Shown: positions 44,174-54,835, counted from the first letter of the stretch. The stretch: 64,000 bases of DNA from a virus (IMGVR_UViG_3300046003_006038:64001-128000), one strand, 5' to 3'. Made by a program: numbers and translations. Notes: generated from the sequence alone by a model not told the origin.

Positions 44174-44629
44174 CTATAATTCTATAATTCTGAATAATTT
44201 TGTGTTGACTCTTTTTAGTTCTGCACCTTTTGTAAGTAGTATACAGTTTTGGTAGTCATTCCAATTCACTTTGTAGTTTGTATCTAAAATTCCTCCATTT
44301 AAGGACTCGATTAGACGGTTCAGTGAATTAATTGTGTATAGTGTATTTGATTCCTTCTTTCTATGTACTAGTATAGTATTTTCTAAGAAATTAGAAACGT
44401 TTCCAAATTCTACGTTATATGTACAGATATATTCATCTTGGCTCTTTGAATAAAGAACGAAAATTTTGTTATAAATGATCTTATACTTGTTCTGTATTGT
44501 ACTTAAAATCTCCTCTAACTGCTGTTCTGAAGAAAAAGTACAAAATAACTTGTTGCTCATGTCGGCTGCATTAAAATTGTATTCGATATCGTAATCGAAC
44601 ATTACTGGCGTTACATTATTCTGTATCAT
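44174..44629 (-). CDS. Hypothetical protein
   Basis: 151-aa ORF within replication module. Confidence 0.7.
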   Translation of the reverse strand: MIQNNVTPVMFDYDIEYNFNAADMSNKLFCTFSSEQQLEEILSTIQNKYKIIYNKIFVLYSKSQDEYICTYNVEFGNVSNFLENTILVHRKKESNTLYTINSLNRLIESLNGGILDTNYKVNWNDYQNCILLTKGAELKRVNTKLFRIIEL

Positions 44630-44688
44630 TTATAAATATGTTTTTATTTTATAAAACTAAATTGTTACTATATTTGTTGTTTCTTGTA

Positions 44689-45339
44689 TTATTGCTTATA
44701 TGTCCAATAATATCCTGCACAGCTATTTCCCTTTCCACTTACCACTCTATGTATGTCTCCTGGGCCTCTCTTTACACTCTTAGCTGCTGATATTATTGAA
44801 TCCCATGTACTTATCTGGATAGTTCTGTCTTTGCTCCACTGTACTACTTCTCTCTTTCTGCCCTCGTTCTGTCCTCCGTAAGGTTTTAATACTCCTAATT
44901 GTTTTTCTCTATTCTGCCTTTTGTGCTCTTCCGTTATCACCTTACCTGTATGTACTCTTTTATTTCTTTCGGAAACATCCGGTCTTGGCCCTCTATTCTT
45001 TCCTTTCATTGTTAGTGCTCTCTGCCTATTTGATTCTTCAGAATTTTTTCCCGTCTTGTCAAGCGTTGTTGTTAGTTTACAATTTAACCCTAACTGTCCT
45101 AAAACATCATAAAACTCTTGCCAATACCTTTCTCGATTATTTAACAAATCTGTTGGACATTCTTCCAGTATCTCTGTATTATGATTTTCCCATCCATATT
45201 TTTTTAATGAATTATATAACTGTATTTGGTTTTTACAATTTGATAACCTCTTGTACTCGTTTAATCTTTGTTGAAGATTTATACTTTGCCCAATATATAC
45301 TTTTCCTTTTGGATTTGTTATTTTATAAATTCCTACCAT
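44689..45339 (-). mobile_element. GIY-YIG homing endonuclease with NUMOD1-like C-terminus
   Basis: GIYKITNPKGKVYIGQS; CAGYYWTY. Confidence 0.9.
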
Positions 45340-45388
45340 GTTTTATTATAAATAGCACTAAAAGTCAAAAACAATTGTGTCATACTTT

Positions 45389-46714
45389 CTATAAATCAAA
45401 TGAAATTCCATACTTCACCTTAACAGGGTATTTTCCTTTTTGTGAAAGAATCAACTCTAACTCCTCTAGTGTATCCTTCCCATCCTCTTTTGCAAAATCT
45501 ATTAACATGGCATCGTAGGTATAAAGTGCTAAGCTACTTTTTTTATCTTGAAGAAACATAAGCACATCTTTTAATATAAGAATATTTCTTGAGGTTTCCA
45601 AGCTCTGCATCATATAGTTCATAAGCTTTTGAGGATGCATATCTGGGAGGTTTTGTGTAAATCTTTTTCCTGATATTGGATCTTCTACATATCCTTGTTC
45701 TTTAAATTGCTTCCAGAGGCCGTTTATATAATTCTGAATCTTATCAAAGATTTCTAAAAAAGCATACTCAGGTGGAATCTTTCCATAAATGGCGTGAAAG
45801 TTAATCTGTTTTGCTTTTGTATATTCATCTTCAGCTATTTCATCTTTTCCGAAATAAAGTCTAGCTAATTGTATATGTGCCGACTCATCTGTTAATTCAT
45901 ACCCGATCTGTTCGCATAATAGCCTTAAATGGTATCCGTCAAAGTCCATTTCTACAAATACATCGTTTTGAGGAATGATTGCTTTTCTAAATTCAGGTGC
46001 TTTTGGTATTGCTGCAAAATTTACCGAATTAAAAGCATTTGTTGGACGAGAGGTTGTATTGTAGAGGTTATATGAAGTATAAATTATATTATTGTCAATA
46101 CTGTAGACAGGATTGTTTGGTTTAAACAGTTCTAGGAAAGATTGATATGTTATTCTCAATCCAGCTCTCTCAATCATAAAGAAAACAGACGTTGCAGTTT
46201 TATTGTAAAAATCAAAGCCATTTGGTATTGTAATATGCAATATCTTTTCTAAATACCTATAATTCTCCTCACATTTTTCAAATAGTTTTGATATTGGAAT
46301 TATAGCATTTATTTCTTTAAAATCGTGAAAACGGTTGTAGTACCAGTTGCAAGTTGAATTAGATCTTGGAAGTTCAAGCCTATTGAAGGAAGTCATTGAA
46401 TAAAGTAGGGAAAGATCTATAACATCCTTTGTTATAAAGTGGTACATTAATTCTTTCTTATCAAATGTATAAAGTGTTATGTACTCCTCCAATATATCAG
46501 AGACACGTTCTTTTGTTAGATTTAATCCTTCGTCATGACTTACCGGTATTATGTATCCTTCGTGATGATCTAAAGGCCTTAAGTAAACTGCTACAGTGGT
46601 TGTAAGAAGTGGGTGGTAGTTATCATTTGAAGATATAACTTCTACATAACCTCCTTTCTTTCCTAATTTTTTTAGAAGCTCTATTTGCTCCTCTGACTCT
46701 ACTATATAAAACAT
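45389..46714 (-). CDS. polA: Compact family-A DNA polymerase
   Basis: Motif A DFDGYHLR, motif B AKQINFHAIYG, motif C TYDA. Confidence 0.8.
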   Translation of the reverse strand: MFYIVESEEQIELLKKLGKKGGYVEVISSNDNYHPLLTTTVAVYLRPLDHHEGYIIPVSHDEGLNLTKERVSDILEEYITLYTFDKKELMYHFITKDVIDLSLLYSMTSFNRLELPRSNSTCNWYYNRFHDFKEINAIIPISKLFEKCEENYRYLEKILHITIPNGFDFYNKTATSVFFMIERAGLRITYQSFLELFKPNNPVYSIDNNIIYTSYNLYNTTSRPTNAFNSVNFAAIPKAPEFRKAIIPQNDVFVEMDFDGYHLRLLCEQIGYELTDESAHIQLARLYFGKDEIAEDEYTKAKQINFHAIYGKIPPEYAFLEIFDKIQNYINGLWKQFKEQGYVEDPISGKRFTQNLPDMHPQKLMNYMMQSLETSRNILILKDVLMFLQDKKSSLALYTYDAMLIDFAKEDGKDTLEELELILSQKGKYPVKVKYGISFDL

Positions 46715-46731
46715 TTTCTATAACCTTTTAT

Positions 46732-46768
46732 ATAATATAAGAAAAAAAGCCTGCATAAGCAAGCCTTC
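46732..46768 (-). promoter_or_regulatory. Composite terminator/promoter element
   Basis: AAGGCTTGC-TTAT-GCAGGCTTTTTTT-CTTATATTA. Confidence 0.6.
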
Positions 46769-46770
46769 TT

Positions 46771-47445
46771 TTATTTCTTTGTATCAAAATTTGCCTTTCG
46801 GGAATTTTCTAGTTCTAGTCCTGGGTCTTGTATTATAATTGTGTTTGAGGACAGTTCGTTTAGTGTTACAGGGATAGGCTCTTCGACAAGTAGCGAATAG
46901 TCTGTTATAAATGTCGAGATTCCTGGCATGTTCTTTTCTAGTGCTGTAATAGCTTTTCTATTTTTAGATGCTGCTCCTTCGTACGGATACCCACTTAGGA
47001 ATGTGTCTTGTGCCGGTCCTTTGATTATCCAGTCTGTTTGCACAAACCTCTTGTTAGGTAGTTCTCTCTGTGCTTGTAAATAGAGTTCTCTATCTGTCTC
47101 TATAATTTTGTTATCATTTTTATCTTGAATAAAATACCTTGTAGTAAAACCGTTTTCCTTGTCTATTGAGGATGTTTTTGGTTTGAAGAATCCTTTGGCT
47201 AAAGCTGCTAATAGCGCAAATATACTTGCTTTTGCTCCTTTGTTTACGATACCTTCCGTTTGTACTTTTAAAATTTCTGCTCCTCCTTGTTGTGGAGATT
47301 TTCCTGAATAAAATTTTCCCCTAGAAGCTTCTATATAAAATCCAATGTAGTCTTCCCCGGTATCTCTTGTCTTATACTCCCCTCCTGAGGTGTATTTAGG
47401 TTCCGTGTAGCTGGTTTTTGGTATGTATCTTTTAAACTTTGACAT
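46771..47445 (-). CDS. Hypothetical protein, last gene of structural operon
   Basis: ORF track, position. Confidence 0.65.
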   Translation of the reverse strand: MSKFKRYIPKTSYTEPKYTSGGEYKTRDTGEDYIGFYIEASRGKFYSGKSPQQGGAEILKVQTEGIVNKGAKASIFALLAALAKGFFKPKTSSIDKENGFTTRYFIQDKNDNKIIETDRELYLQAQRELPNKRFVQTDWIIKGPAQDTFLSGYPYEGAASKNRKAITALEKNMPGISTFITDYSLLVEEPIPVTLNELSSNTIIIQDPGLELENSRKANFDTKK

Positions 47446-50144
47446 TATGATAAATAATCTTTTGGTTTTGTAAGTTTGGTTACTTTAGGGTAATTTTTCT
47501 GCAGGCTTGCCACTACACTTCCTATATACCCATTTGTATCATTTTCGTTAGGCGGTGCATAGGTATACATAAATTGTGCTATCGTAGGAGGAGTTCCTGC
47601 TTTCCATTTTTGACTTTTTTCTATTAAGTTCTGATTACCAGATGTAACTGGCATTTTCCCCGTGCTCCACTTCTTGATTTTTTTTTCAACCAATGCTTGT
47701 GCACCCTTTTCTGCAGTAGAAAATCTTGCAAATCTACCTCCTGGCTCTATGGTTACTTTTGGATCTATTGCTTTTAGGGATTCACTGTAATCTAAGTTAC
47801 CTGGGTTGTTATTTCTATATGATCTTGATCCTTTACCTCCGTTCACATTTGGCAACCACCCTTCTTTAGTTCCTATAACAAGTGCAAATTCGTATTCAAA
47901 AGTACCTGCTGTATATCCTGCATTCTTTAATACTGTTCTCAGTAATGCACTCCCCTTAACCGGTGCAGAGGTAAGGCCTTGTCTCTCTGTTGTTGAAACA
48001 CCTGTAGCTGACTGGTTGTCGTTAAAATCTCCTGCTGTCTGGATCTTATCTCCTGGTTTAAGTACAATTGTCTGTGCTTTTAGTTGAGTTGTCCATTTAT
48101 TACTTCCTATTGTATGGTTTACTCCTGTTACAATAAATCCTAATACTTGATCGTACTTATCTGGCATTATACCTTTGTTTATCTTAAAGGCTTGTCCAAT
48201 TTTAATACCCGATATTCCTTCCATGTCGATATTAACCTCAAATGGAACAATTCCTGCTGGTCCTGCTGTTGCTCCTGATGCTGCTGACTCTTCTGTATAT
48301 GTCTGAATATATGTTTTGGTAAAGTCTGCATAATCAACCCTTGCAGCAGTAAATTTCTCTGGGTCGTATTTTCCTGAGTAAAATTCCTTCAGTGTTGTAA
48401 ATGTCTTGTTATATCTCTCGGCTTGCTGTTTCTTTCTCTGTTCCTCAACACTTTCCTTTGAAGAAGCATCTGCAGTTGTGTTTATAAACTTACTGCCTAA
48501 GATTCTATCAGTCAATCCTTCGTTCCATCTAAATAAAGCTTCAGCTTCTATACCTACATCTGAGCCGTTGTTTTGAGCAGAAACTGCTACCATTGTACTC
48601 AGTGCTGGCGATAATTTAGTTGTAAAGTCAAAATTTGTTAGAGTTGATTTTAGTCCTGTTACATTTAGGGTAGGAGTCTCTTCTTCTGAGTCTGAAGTTC
48701 TAACTTTTCTGTCTACTATATAGTATGTAAATTCATCTTCTTCGTAATGTAATGCTAACTCGTTATAGTCTCCCCCTAGTGCATCGGTGATTTTTGGTAA
48801 TATCCCATCAAATAACTTTATCAATGTTCTACTTCCTTTTTCCGGAGTATTTACGAGTGTTGTAATTGCTTCTCCAAGTATATTTACATTAACCCATATA
48901 TTTAAAATCTCATCAGAAGACGTTCCGTTTAATGTCCCCCTTAGTGCTTCTATAATACTCGGGTATAGTTGCCCAGAAGCCCATTTCTTTGTAGAAGGGG
49001 ATAGTATTAAACAAGTACCTGGATCACTTGATACGTGGTAGTCGTATGTTCTATACCTACATAACTGTATGTCCGACTCTTCTCCTATTTTAGCAATTTT
49101 TGTATTTAGTTTTATTACAGACTTCTTATCTTTGTCACAAGGTAGTATAGCGTTAACCAATGCACAGAAACTACCAAGTTGCATATACACAAATTTATTT
49201 GGCGATTTTGTAGCTGACTTTGCATCCACCGGGGTAAGGGTTTCTACAGCCTGTTGTGCTATATTTATACCTGTTATTCCGTTTACTTTTTCATAATTTT
49301 CAATGAAATTTTTATGCTTAGTCTTTAAAGTTTCGTACACATTTCCTACTCCATCGGTAGTAGCTTTTTCTATAAGAGTCTTAAAAGCTGCTTCTAACAT
49401 GGTAGCACTTACAGTCTTCCCTTCCTCTTCTTGGTTACCTGGAAATGTTCCTGTTCCGACATCTATAGTTAAAGATTCTATAATCTCTCCGATTGATATT
49501 AATGTTGTTGTACAATCATACCCTCCATCCTGTCTATACTTCCAAGAAAAGTTTTTTATGAATCCAAATATACCGTCGTAGTTATATCCTGAATCTTGCT
49601 TTAATTTATTAATTTCTTTGTAGATATCTTCCTTTGTTGTACCTTCTGTAAACATTGAAGATACTGTACTCGGTGTTGTCACAAAATTGTCTACTCCCTT
49701 ATAGTATACACTATGTCCCCATTCCAGTAAGGCTGAGAATCCCGGTCTCATGTACAGTAATTCTAATTCCTGTAGTTGTGAAACATCCCAACAGTTAAAT
49801 GTAATTGTAGCTTCTTTTAAAACTCCAAACCTGTTAATGGCACGAATCTGTACTCCTGTAATACCTGGCATAGGCCTAAACCCTAATCCGGCTGAGAAGT
49901 TACTATATGTCTTATCCCCAAATCTTCCTTTAGTTCCTCCTATAAATACGTACTTGTTTGCTAGTTCACTAGATCCTCCGGCATTCACCGAGGATGTTAG
50001 TTTTACCCATCCGGTTTTGCTGTTTAGGTATTGTATGTTTTGATCTGTTCTACCTTCTTTTTTAGAAAAGACATCACTTCTCAAATTTAACTGATTCAAT
50101 ACTTCCTTGTCAAAAGGACCTCCTATAACTTTACTGCTTGGCAT
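47445..50144 (-). CDS. Large baseplate/hub-like virion protein with C-terminal lysozyme-like domain
   Basis: EGW...RSYRNNNPGNL...FARFSTAEKG; position in baseplate module. Confidence 0.6.
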   Translation of the reverse strand: MPSSKVIGGPFDKEVLNQLNLRSDVFSKKEGRTDQNIQYLNSKTGWVKLTSSVNAGGSSELANKYVFIGGTKGRFGDKTYSNFSAGLGFRPMPGITGVQIRAINRFGVLKEATITFNCWDVSQLQELELLYMRPGFSALLEWGHSVYYKGVDNFVTTPSTVSSMFTEGTTKEDIYKEINKLKQDSGYNYDGIFGFIKNFSWKYRQDGGYDCTTTLISIGEIIESLTIDVGTGTFPGNQEEEGKTVSATMLEAAFKTLIEKATTDGVGNVYETLKTKHKNFIENYEKVNGITGINIAQQAVETLTPVDAKSATKSPNKFVYMQLGSFCALVNAILPCDKDKKSVIKLNTKIAKIGEESDIQLCRYRTYDYHVSSDPGTCLILSPSTKKWASGQLYPSIIEALRGTLNGTSSDEILNIWVNVNILGEAITTLVNTPEKGSRTLIKLFDGILPKITDALGGDYNELALHYEEDEFTYYIVDRKVRTSDSEEETPTLNVTGLKSTLTNFDFTTKLSPALSTMVAVSAQNNGSDVGIEAEALFRWNEGLTDRILGSKFINTTADASSKESVEEQRKKQQAERYNKTFTTLKEFYSGKYDPEKFTAARVDYADFTKTYIQTYTEESAASGATAGPAGIVPFEVNIDMEGISGIKIGQAFKINKGIMPDKYDQVLGFIVTGVNHTIGSNKWTTQLKAQTIVLKPGDKIQTAGDFNDNQSATGVSTTERQGLTSAPVKGSALLRTVLKNAGYTAGTFEYEFALVIGTKEGWLPNVNGGKGSRSYRNNNPGNLDYSESLKAIDPKVTIEPGGRFARFSTAEKGAQALVEKKIKKWSTGKMPVTSGNQNLIEKSQKWKAGTPPTIAQFMYTYAPPNENDTNGYIGSVVASLQKNYPKVTKLTKPKDYLS

Positions 50145-50150
50145 TTTTTT

Positions 50151-50447
50151 CTATCTATTAAGGTTTATATAGTTACTCACTGCTAAGTCTTTATCGGCAG
50201 GTATTCTAATCTGAACTCCTGGCTGTACTATTAATGATGCTTTTTCAGAAGTATTTGCAGCTGCGATTATCCACCACAAAGTGCTGTCTCCGTAGAACTG
50301 CTGTGCTAACCTATCGTACCTATCTCCTGCTGTTGTTATTATATAAAAGTCTTCAGAGGTTGGAGGTATTTCTGGATATAGTGTTGTTCTCCTATAAGGC
50401 TTTCCTGTAGGTGATTTTGTTAAAGGTACTGTGTCGTATCGTTTCAT
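50151..50447 (-). CDS. LysM-like baseplate protein
   Basis: GDRYDRLAQQFYGDSTLWWIIAAAN...GVQIRIP. Confidence 0.75.
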   Translation of the reverse strand: MKRYDTVPLTKSPTGKPYRRTTLYPEIPPTSEDFYIITTAGDRYDRLAQQFYGDSTLWWIIAAANTSEKASLIVQPGVQIRIPADKDLAVSNYINLNR

Positions 50448-51931
50448 TCTATAAAGCTATTATTTCCATTTGTACCAGCTGTAAAGTATTTTTTAAGTCC
50501 TGTTTCTGGTGTGAATGTATGTATTGGCGTAAAGTCTATGCTACAGTCCATTACCATTGGCAGTTCCTGCATTGTAGTATCTCCTTCTCCTTCTGGTTCT
50601 AGCATTGCTATTTCCCAAGGATATTCTACATTCCAAGAATAGTTTACACTATTCATTACTCCTGGTAGTTCGTATATATAATCTCCTACTGTCATCTTTA
50701 CTATAGTTCCTCTCATAAATTGACCATTGTCGGCATATGTAGGTGCTGTTGAAGATGCTAAGTATATCATTTTTTGATATAATGGCTTCATCTCAGATCT
50801 TGTTGCAGCTGCTATTTTAAAAGATAAGCTAATTTTTCTCTGAAAGCCACCGTATACTTGAAAATCTTCTCCTCTACCTAAGTACTTTGTTGGATTCCAC
50901 TGCCCTGTATAGTTGTCTGAGAAGTTATCGAGGAATGCTCTGAAGTACAGTACTTTTGTCTCTGTAGGAGTTATTACGTGGAATCTAAATTTTACAATAT
51001 CTCTTCCTTCCTCTTCCCCATTTACTTTTGCTGTAACAGGTGCTTGTGCATTTAGTTTATCTATTTCTGCTTTTGTTGCAGAAGTCGTCCAGTATATGTT
51101 ATTACTTTTATTTTCATCTTTTCTAGCTCCTTGATCTCCCAGCAGAATTCTGTTTTCCTTTAGTACATTTCCGTTCTTAGTAACTCTTTTAGACTGTATA
51201 TCGATATAACTTCCTGAAGCAGTTCCGATAGGTCCTGTATAAGATCCTTCTACTGTCTGGTGATCCACACTACCTTCTATCCTGTTTTGAGTGTATGCCG
51301 GATTTGGCTGTCCTGCTGCTACTTTAGTTTGCGAGTAGCTAGAAGTTGTAGAATATTGAGATGATTCTGTAAATCCCGGTATTAATTGTACTGTGTCTCC
51401 TGATGGAAAGTTTGATTCAATTTTTCCTTCAATTTTCTCTCCTTTCAATGCAAGGGGTGCTCCTTCTACACCTCCTGCTCCAAAAAATTGGGCAAAAGCA
51501 CTTGTAGTATTTCCTCCTGATGGTTGTAAGTATGTATCTGTTCTAAAGGCGTACACAAAGTGTGTGCCTGTTCCGTTTACAGGAACTTGTGCAAGAGTCG
51601 ATCCTACAATTTTGGCTGTTTGTTTAACTGTCTCTAGTCCCTGCTTTACAATAGCACCTGCTAAGCTTTTCCCCTTATCCCTATTCTTCTGTAACTTATC
51701 TTGAATATTTACTTGCTGAAGTAGTGCTTGATTACCTAAAAACTTCAATCCAGGACGGTCAATAAGCATTTTTCCGATTCTAGTTAAATCGTCTACACGC
51801 TTTGCTATTTGCATATCGACTTGGTTACTAGAAGGAGGGTTATTTATGTCCTTAGTAACGTAGGGCGTATCGCTTCCATAACGGAGACTTTTAAGGTCTG
51901 TTTGGAGATTTATTAATCCTGGTGATGCCAT
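50444..51931 (-). CDS. Putative baseplate/tail-tube-associated structural protein
   Basis: YFRAFLDNFSDNYTGQW...GR; follows tape measure. Confidence 0.55.
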   Translation of the reverse strand: MASPGLINLQTDLKSLRYGSDTPYVTKDINNPPSSNQVDMQIAKRVDDLTRIGKMLIDRPGLKFLGNQALLQQVNIQDKLQKNRDKGKSLAGAIVKQGLETVKQTAKIVGSTLAQVPVNGTGTHFVYAFRTDTYLQPSGGNTTSAFAQFFGAGGVEGAPLALKGEKIEGKIESNFPSGDTVQLIPGFTESSQYSTTSSYSQTKVAAGQPNPAYTQNRIEGSVDHQTVEGSYTGPIGTASGSYIDIQSKRVTKNGNVLKENRILLGDQGARKDENKSNNIYWTTSATKAEIDKLNAQAPVTAKVNGEEEGRDIVKFRFHVITPTETKVLYFRAFLDNFSDNYTGQWNPTKYLGRGEDFQVYGGFQRKISLSFKIAAATRSEMKPLYQKMIYLASSTAPTYADNGQFMRGTIVKMTVGDYIYELPGVMNSVNYSWNVEYPWEIAMLEPEGEGDTTMQELPMVMDCSIDFTPIHTFTPETGLKKYFTAGTNGNNSFIE

Positions 51932-51943
51932 ATAGTTTATCTA

Positions 51944-52153
51944 TTATCCTGGTGGATTATCTAGGTATTTTGAAGGTGTTGCTCCGTCTAAATCCAATGC
52001 AGAAGGAGCTGGTACCGGTACTGTTTGTGTCGGTGTTCCGTTGATTGAATATTTAAAGTGTAAACTTGAGTTAGGATTTGCACTCGGTATTTGCGAAGGT
52101 GTTGCTCCGTCCAATCCTAAATTACTTGTTGGTAATAAGTCTAATAGTCCCAT
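51944..52153 (-). CDS. Small hypothetical protein with repeated LDGATPS
   Basis: ORF track; TATTTATA motif upstream. Confidence 0.6.
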   Translation of the reverse strand: MGLLDLLPTSNLGLDGATPSQIPSANPNSSLHFKYSINGTPTQTVPVPAPSALDLDGATPSKYLDNPPG

Positions 52154-52178
52154 ATTGTTTATTTTTATTATAAATAGC

Positions 52179-54797
52179 TTACCCTACTGAATGTAGGTTT
52201 AAGCCGATTGATTCGTTTAATTTGTTTGGTCCAATGTAAATATTTTGACCTTGTTTAACTGCTTGTATTAATTCATCTATTTTAGCATAGAACTCTCTTA
52301 ATGGTACAACTGCTTCCGGCCCTGCTTCTCCTACTATTGCTCTGGTAGCTCCTGATACAATTCCACCTGTTGCAAATTTTCTCGGTTCCTCTCCCTTTTC
52401 CGGGGAAGATTCGAAGATAGGTCTAACTGCTCCTCCTAATGCTCCAGCTGCATCTGGGAATGTTCCTGCAATCCATTTGAAAAGTGCATCTCCTCCTATA
52501 CTTCCTATAATAGTTCCTATTGGTCCTCCTAATGCTGTACCTACTGCACCTCCCAGTATTCCCCCTAATCCTCCCATAACAATTTTACCAATTTGTTGAT
52601 TTATTGCTTCTTTTCCTAGTGGATTACCTTTATCATCTATAGGATTTTCAAGTAGTGACTTAATATCTTGGTATGCAAAAAATCCTGTCAGTATTGTATT
52701 TAGTCCTGGTATTTTTTTCAATGCTGTTTTTAGGAATCCCCCTACTCCGCCCATTCCTTTTATAGAAGATTTTAGTGCTGTGAAAGGGTTAAGTTTAGAT
52801 ACCATGTTTTTTGCTCCAGAAAATAGGTTTTTAAAAAAACCACCTCCTCCTCCTGCAGCTGCACCTCCTGCACTCGCTGTCCCGGCACCTGCTCCGCCTG
52901 CAGTTCCCGCTCCAGCGCTACTTGCTGCGGCAGCAACTCCTCCGCCTCCGCCTCCGGCTGCTGTTGTTGCTGATGTAACTTTACCTGACATACCTTTAAA
53001 CATGTTTCCTAGGTTCTTTACCATTCCTCCTAGTTTGGCAGGTCCCATTAGTGCAGTCATTAGTATTAGCCCTTTCGTGATTAGTTCTACATTTTTTCCT
53101 ATAAATTCAAATGCTGCTGCTATTGGTTTTAGTATTATATTAAGCTTGTCCATAGCCTCCCCCATTTTTGTCATGGCTTCAGCTTGTTTATCTGCTACTG
53201 TTTGGTTCTGTCTCTGCTCTATTAACGCCTTACTTCCTAGATCTTTCTGCAATTTTTGCATAGCTTCCTTAGCCTTATCTAGCTTCCCTTGTTGTTCGAG
53301 AAGTTTAATTCTTTCAAGTTCTTTATCTACTGCTTCATCTAGGGAAGCTTTATCTTTAACTTTGAAAGATGCCATAGCTTTAGCTTCTGCAGACATATTT
53401 GCCATCTGGTCTAACTGCAATCCATAGGCTTTAGCAATTGCTTCCTGTTCTAATACTGTTTTAGCAGCATCGAATTTTTGTAATGCTTGATCTTCTTGTA
53501 AAGCTTTTGCTAATGCTTCTTGATCTCCCATCAAAGCAGCAGCTCTTGCTTTTTCGTTGTTAATCTCTTTTCCTGATAGTAGTTCTGCTTCTAATTCTGC
53601 TGCAATAGATTCTTCGAAGTTTAACATGTTCTTTCCTGCAGCTGCAATTTCTTCTATACTACTCCCTAACTTTTTAGCTTCTATACTTGCTTGAGCTAAA
53701 CTCTTACCTTGTCCTTGAATTAAAGCTTTTGTAGCATTACTTGTTTTCGATATATCCTTGGTTATCGCTTTATAATCAATTCCTAACTTATTTCTCTTAT
53801 TTGAAAGTATAACTTCTCCTGTTATGCTTTCAACCATTTCTGTATAATCCTGGTTTGTACCTGCTGCGTATATTGCTAATGAATTAGCCTCTTCGCTAGA
53901 CATTCCTAGGTACTTAGTTTGAGTTGCTAATGTTTTAGCGGTTTCTTGAGAGATTACTGCAGATGTACCTAAAGCGTTTGAAAAACCTACTACAGAATCT
54001 GTTAAATCCTTCCCTGTAAGTCCTTGAATAGATCTTGCTGCCTTATTCATAGACATAACCATTCTATCACTTTCTTCCCTGCTTACATTTAGGTTTCTCC
54101 CTATCGCTACGGTTCTTTCATCAAAATCTTTTAATCCTGATACTATCTTGCCTATTGTAAATGCAGCTATGAATTTAGTAAAGACTCCTCCTAATTGCTT
54201 AGCACCGGCTGCAAATCCGTTTTTACCTTCTGCAGCTGCGTTTCTAGCAGCATCTGAAGCTTTTTGAAATTCTCCAAAAACTTTGCTTAGTACTGGAACA
54301 TCTTTTACAAGGTCTGATAGGTTATCAAAAAATTTAGACTGTTTACTTATTTCTTCAAAGGTAGTTTTTAACTTATCCGCATGCTCTACACTTGCTTCAA
54401 TTGTCTTATCGACCTCTTTTAGTCCCTGTAGTGATTTTTCAATATACTCTCTCTCTGCTCCTCTTGCATTAACAAGTTTATCCTGTAGGTATCCTATCTT
54501 AGACTGTATTCTAGATTGTTCCTGTTGTAATTTTGTTAAATCTTTTAAAAACTTTGTCTCTTCTCTTCTATCCTTTAACTGTTCTGCAGTATATCCCGAC
54601 AGTGTTCTACCTAGACTTACTGCTTCTCTGAAGTTCTCTGTATAATTTTTTGCTGAATCTCCAGTAAATCTTTCTGCTTCTTTTGCATTCTCTCCTAATA
54701 CTTTTGTAAGATCGTTTAATACTGCAACTAATTCTGTTGAAGCTTTATTAAATTCTTGTAGATCTTGAGTAGTACTTGTAATAGTCTTTTTTGCCAT
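52179..54797 (-). CDS. Tail tape measure protein
   Basis: Long helical protein, NFEESIAAELEAELLSG, Gly/Ala-rich TM-like C-terminal part; after chaperone genes. Confidence 0.8.
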   Translation of the reverse strand: MAKKTITSTTQDLQEFNKASTELVAVLNDLTKVLGENAKEAERFTGDSAKNYTENFREAVSLGRTLSGYTAEQLKDRREETKFLKDLTKLQQEQSRIQSKIGYLQDKLVNARGAEREYIEKSLQGLKEVDKTIEASVEHADKLKTTFEEISKQSKFFDNLSDLVKDVPVLSKVFGEFQKASDAARNAAAEGKNGFAAGAKQLGGVFTKFIAAFTIGKIVSGLKDFDERTVAIGRNLNVSREESDRMVMSMNKAARSIQGLTGKDLTDSVVGFSNALGTSAVISQETAKTLATQTKYLGMSSEEANSLAIYAAGTNQDYTEMVESITGEVILSNKRNKLGIDYKAITKDISKTSNATKALIQGQGKSLAQASIEAKKLGSSIEEIAAAGKNMLNFEESIAAELEAELLSGKEINNEKARAAALMGDQEALAKALQEDQALQKFDAAKTVLEQEAIAKAYGLQLDQMANMSAEAKAMASFKVKDKASLDEAVDKELERIKLLEQQGKLDKAKEAMQKLQKDLGSKALIEQRQNQTVADKQAEAMTKMGEAMDKLNIILKPIAAAFEFIGKNVELITKGLILMTALMGPAKLGGMVKNLGNMFKGMSGKVTSATTAAGGGGGGVAAAASSAGAGTAGGAGAGTASAGGAAAGGGGGFFKNLFSGAKNMVSKLNPFTALKSSIKGMGGVGGFLKTALKKIPGLNTILTGFFAYQDIKSLLENPIDDKGNPLGKEAINQQIGKIVMGGLGGILGGAVGTALGGPIGTIIGSIGGDALFKWIAGTFPDAAGALGGAVRPIFESSPEKGEEPRKFATGGIVSGATRAIVGEAGPEAVVPLREFYAKIDELIQAVKQGQNIYIGPNKLNESIGLNLHSVG

Positions 54798-54835
54798 TTT
54801 TTAAGAATAGTATTTAATATAAATAGAAAAAGATA

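Noticed and set aside
36320-46714. Inteins or group I introns in nrdA, nrdB, helicase, recA, polA
   Set aside because: Proteins are of compact length with contiguous motifs; endonucleases are intergenic
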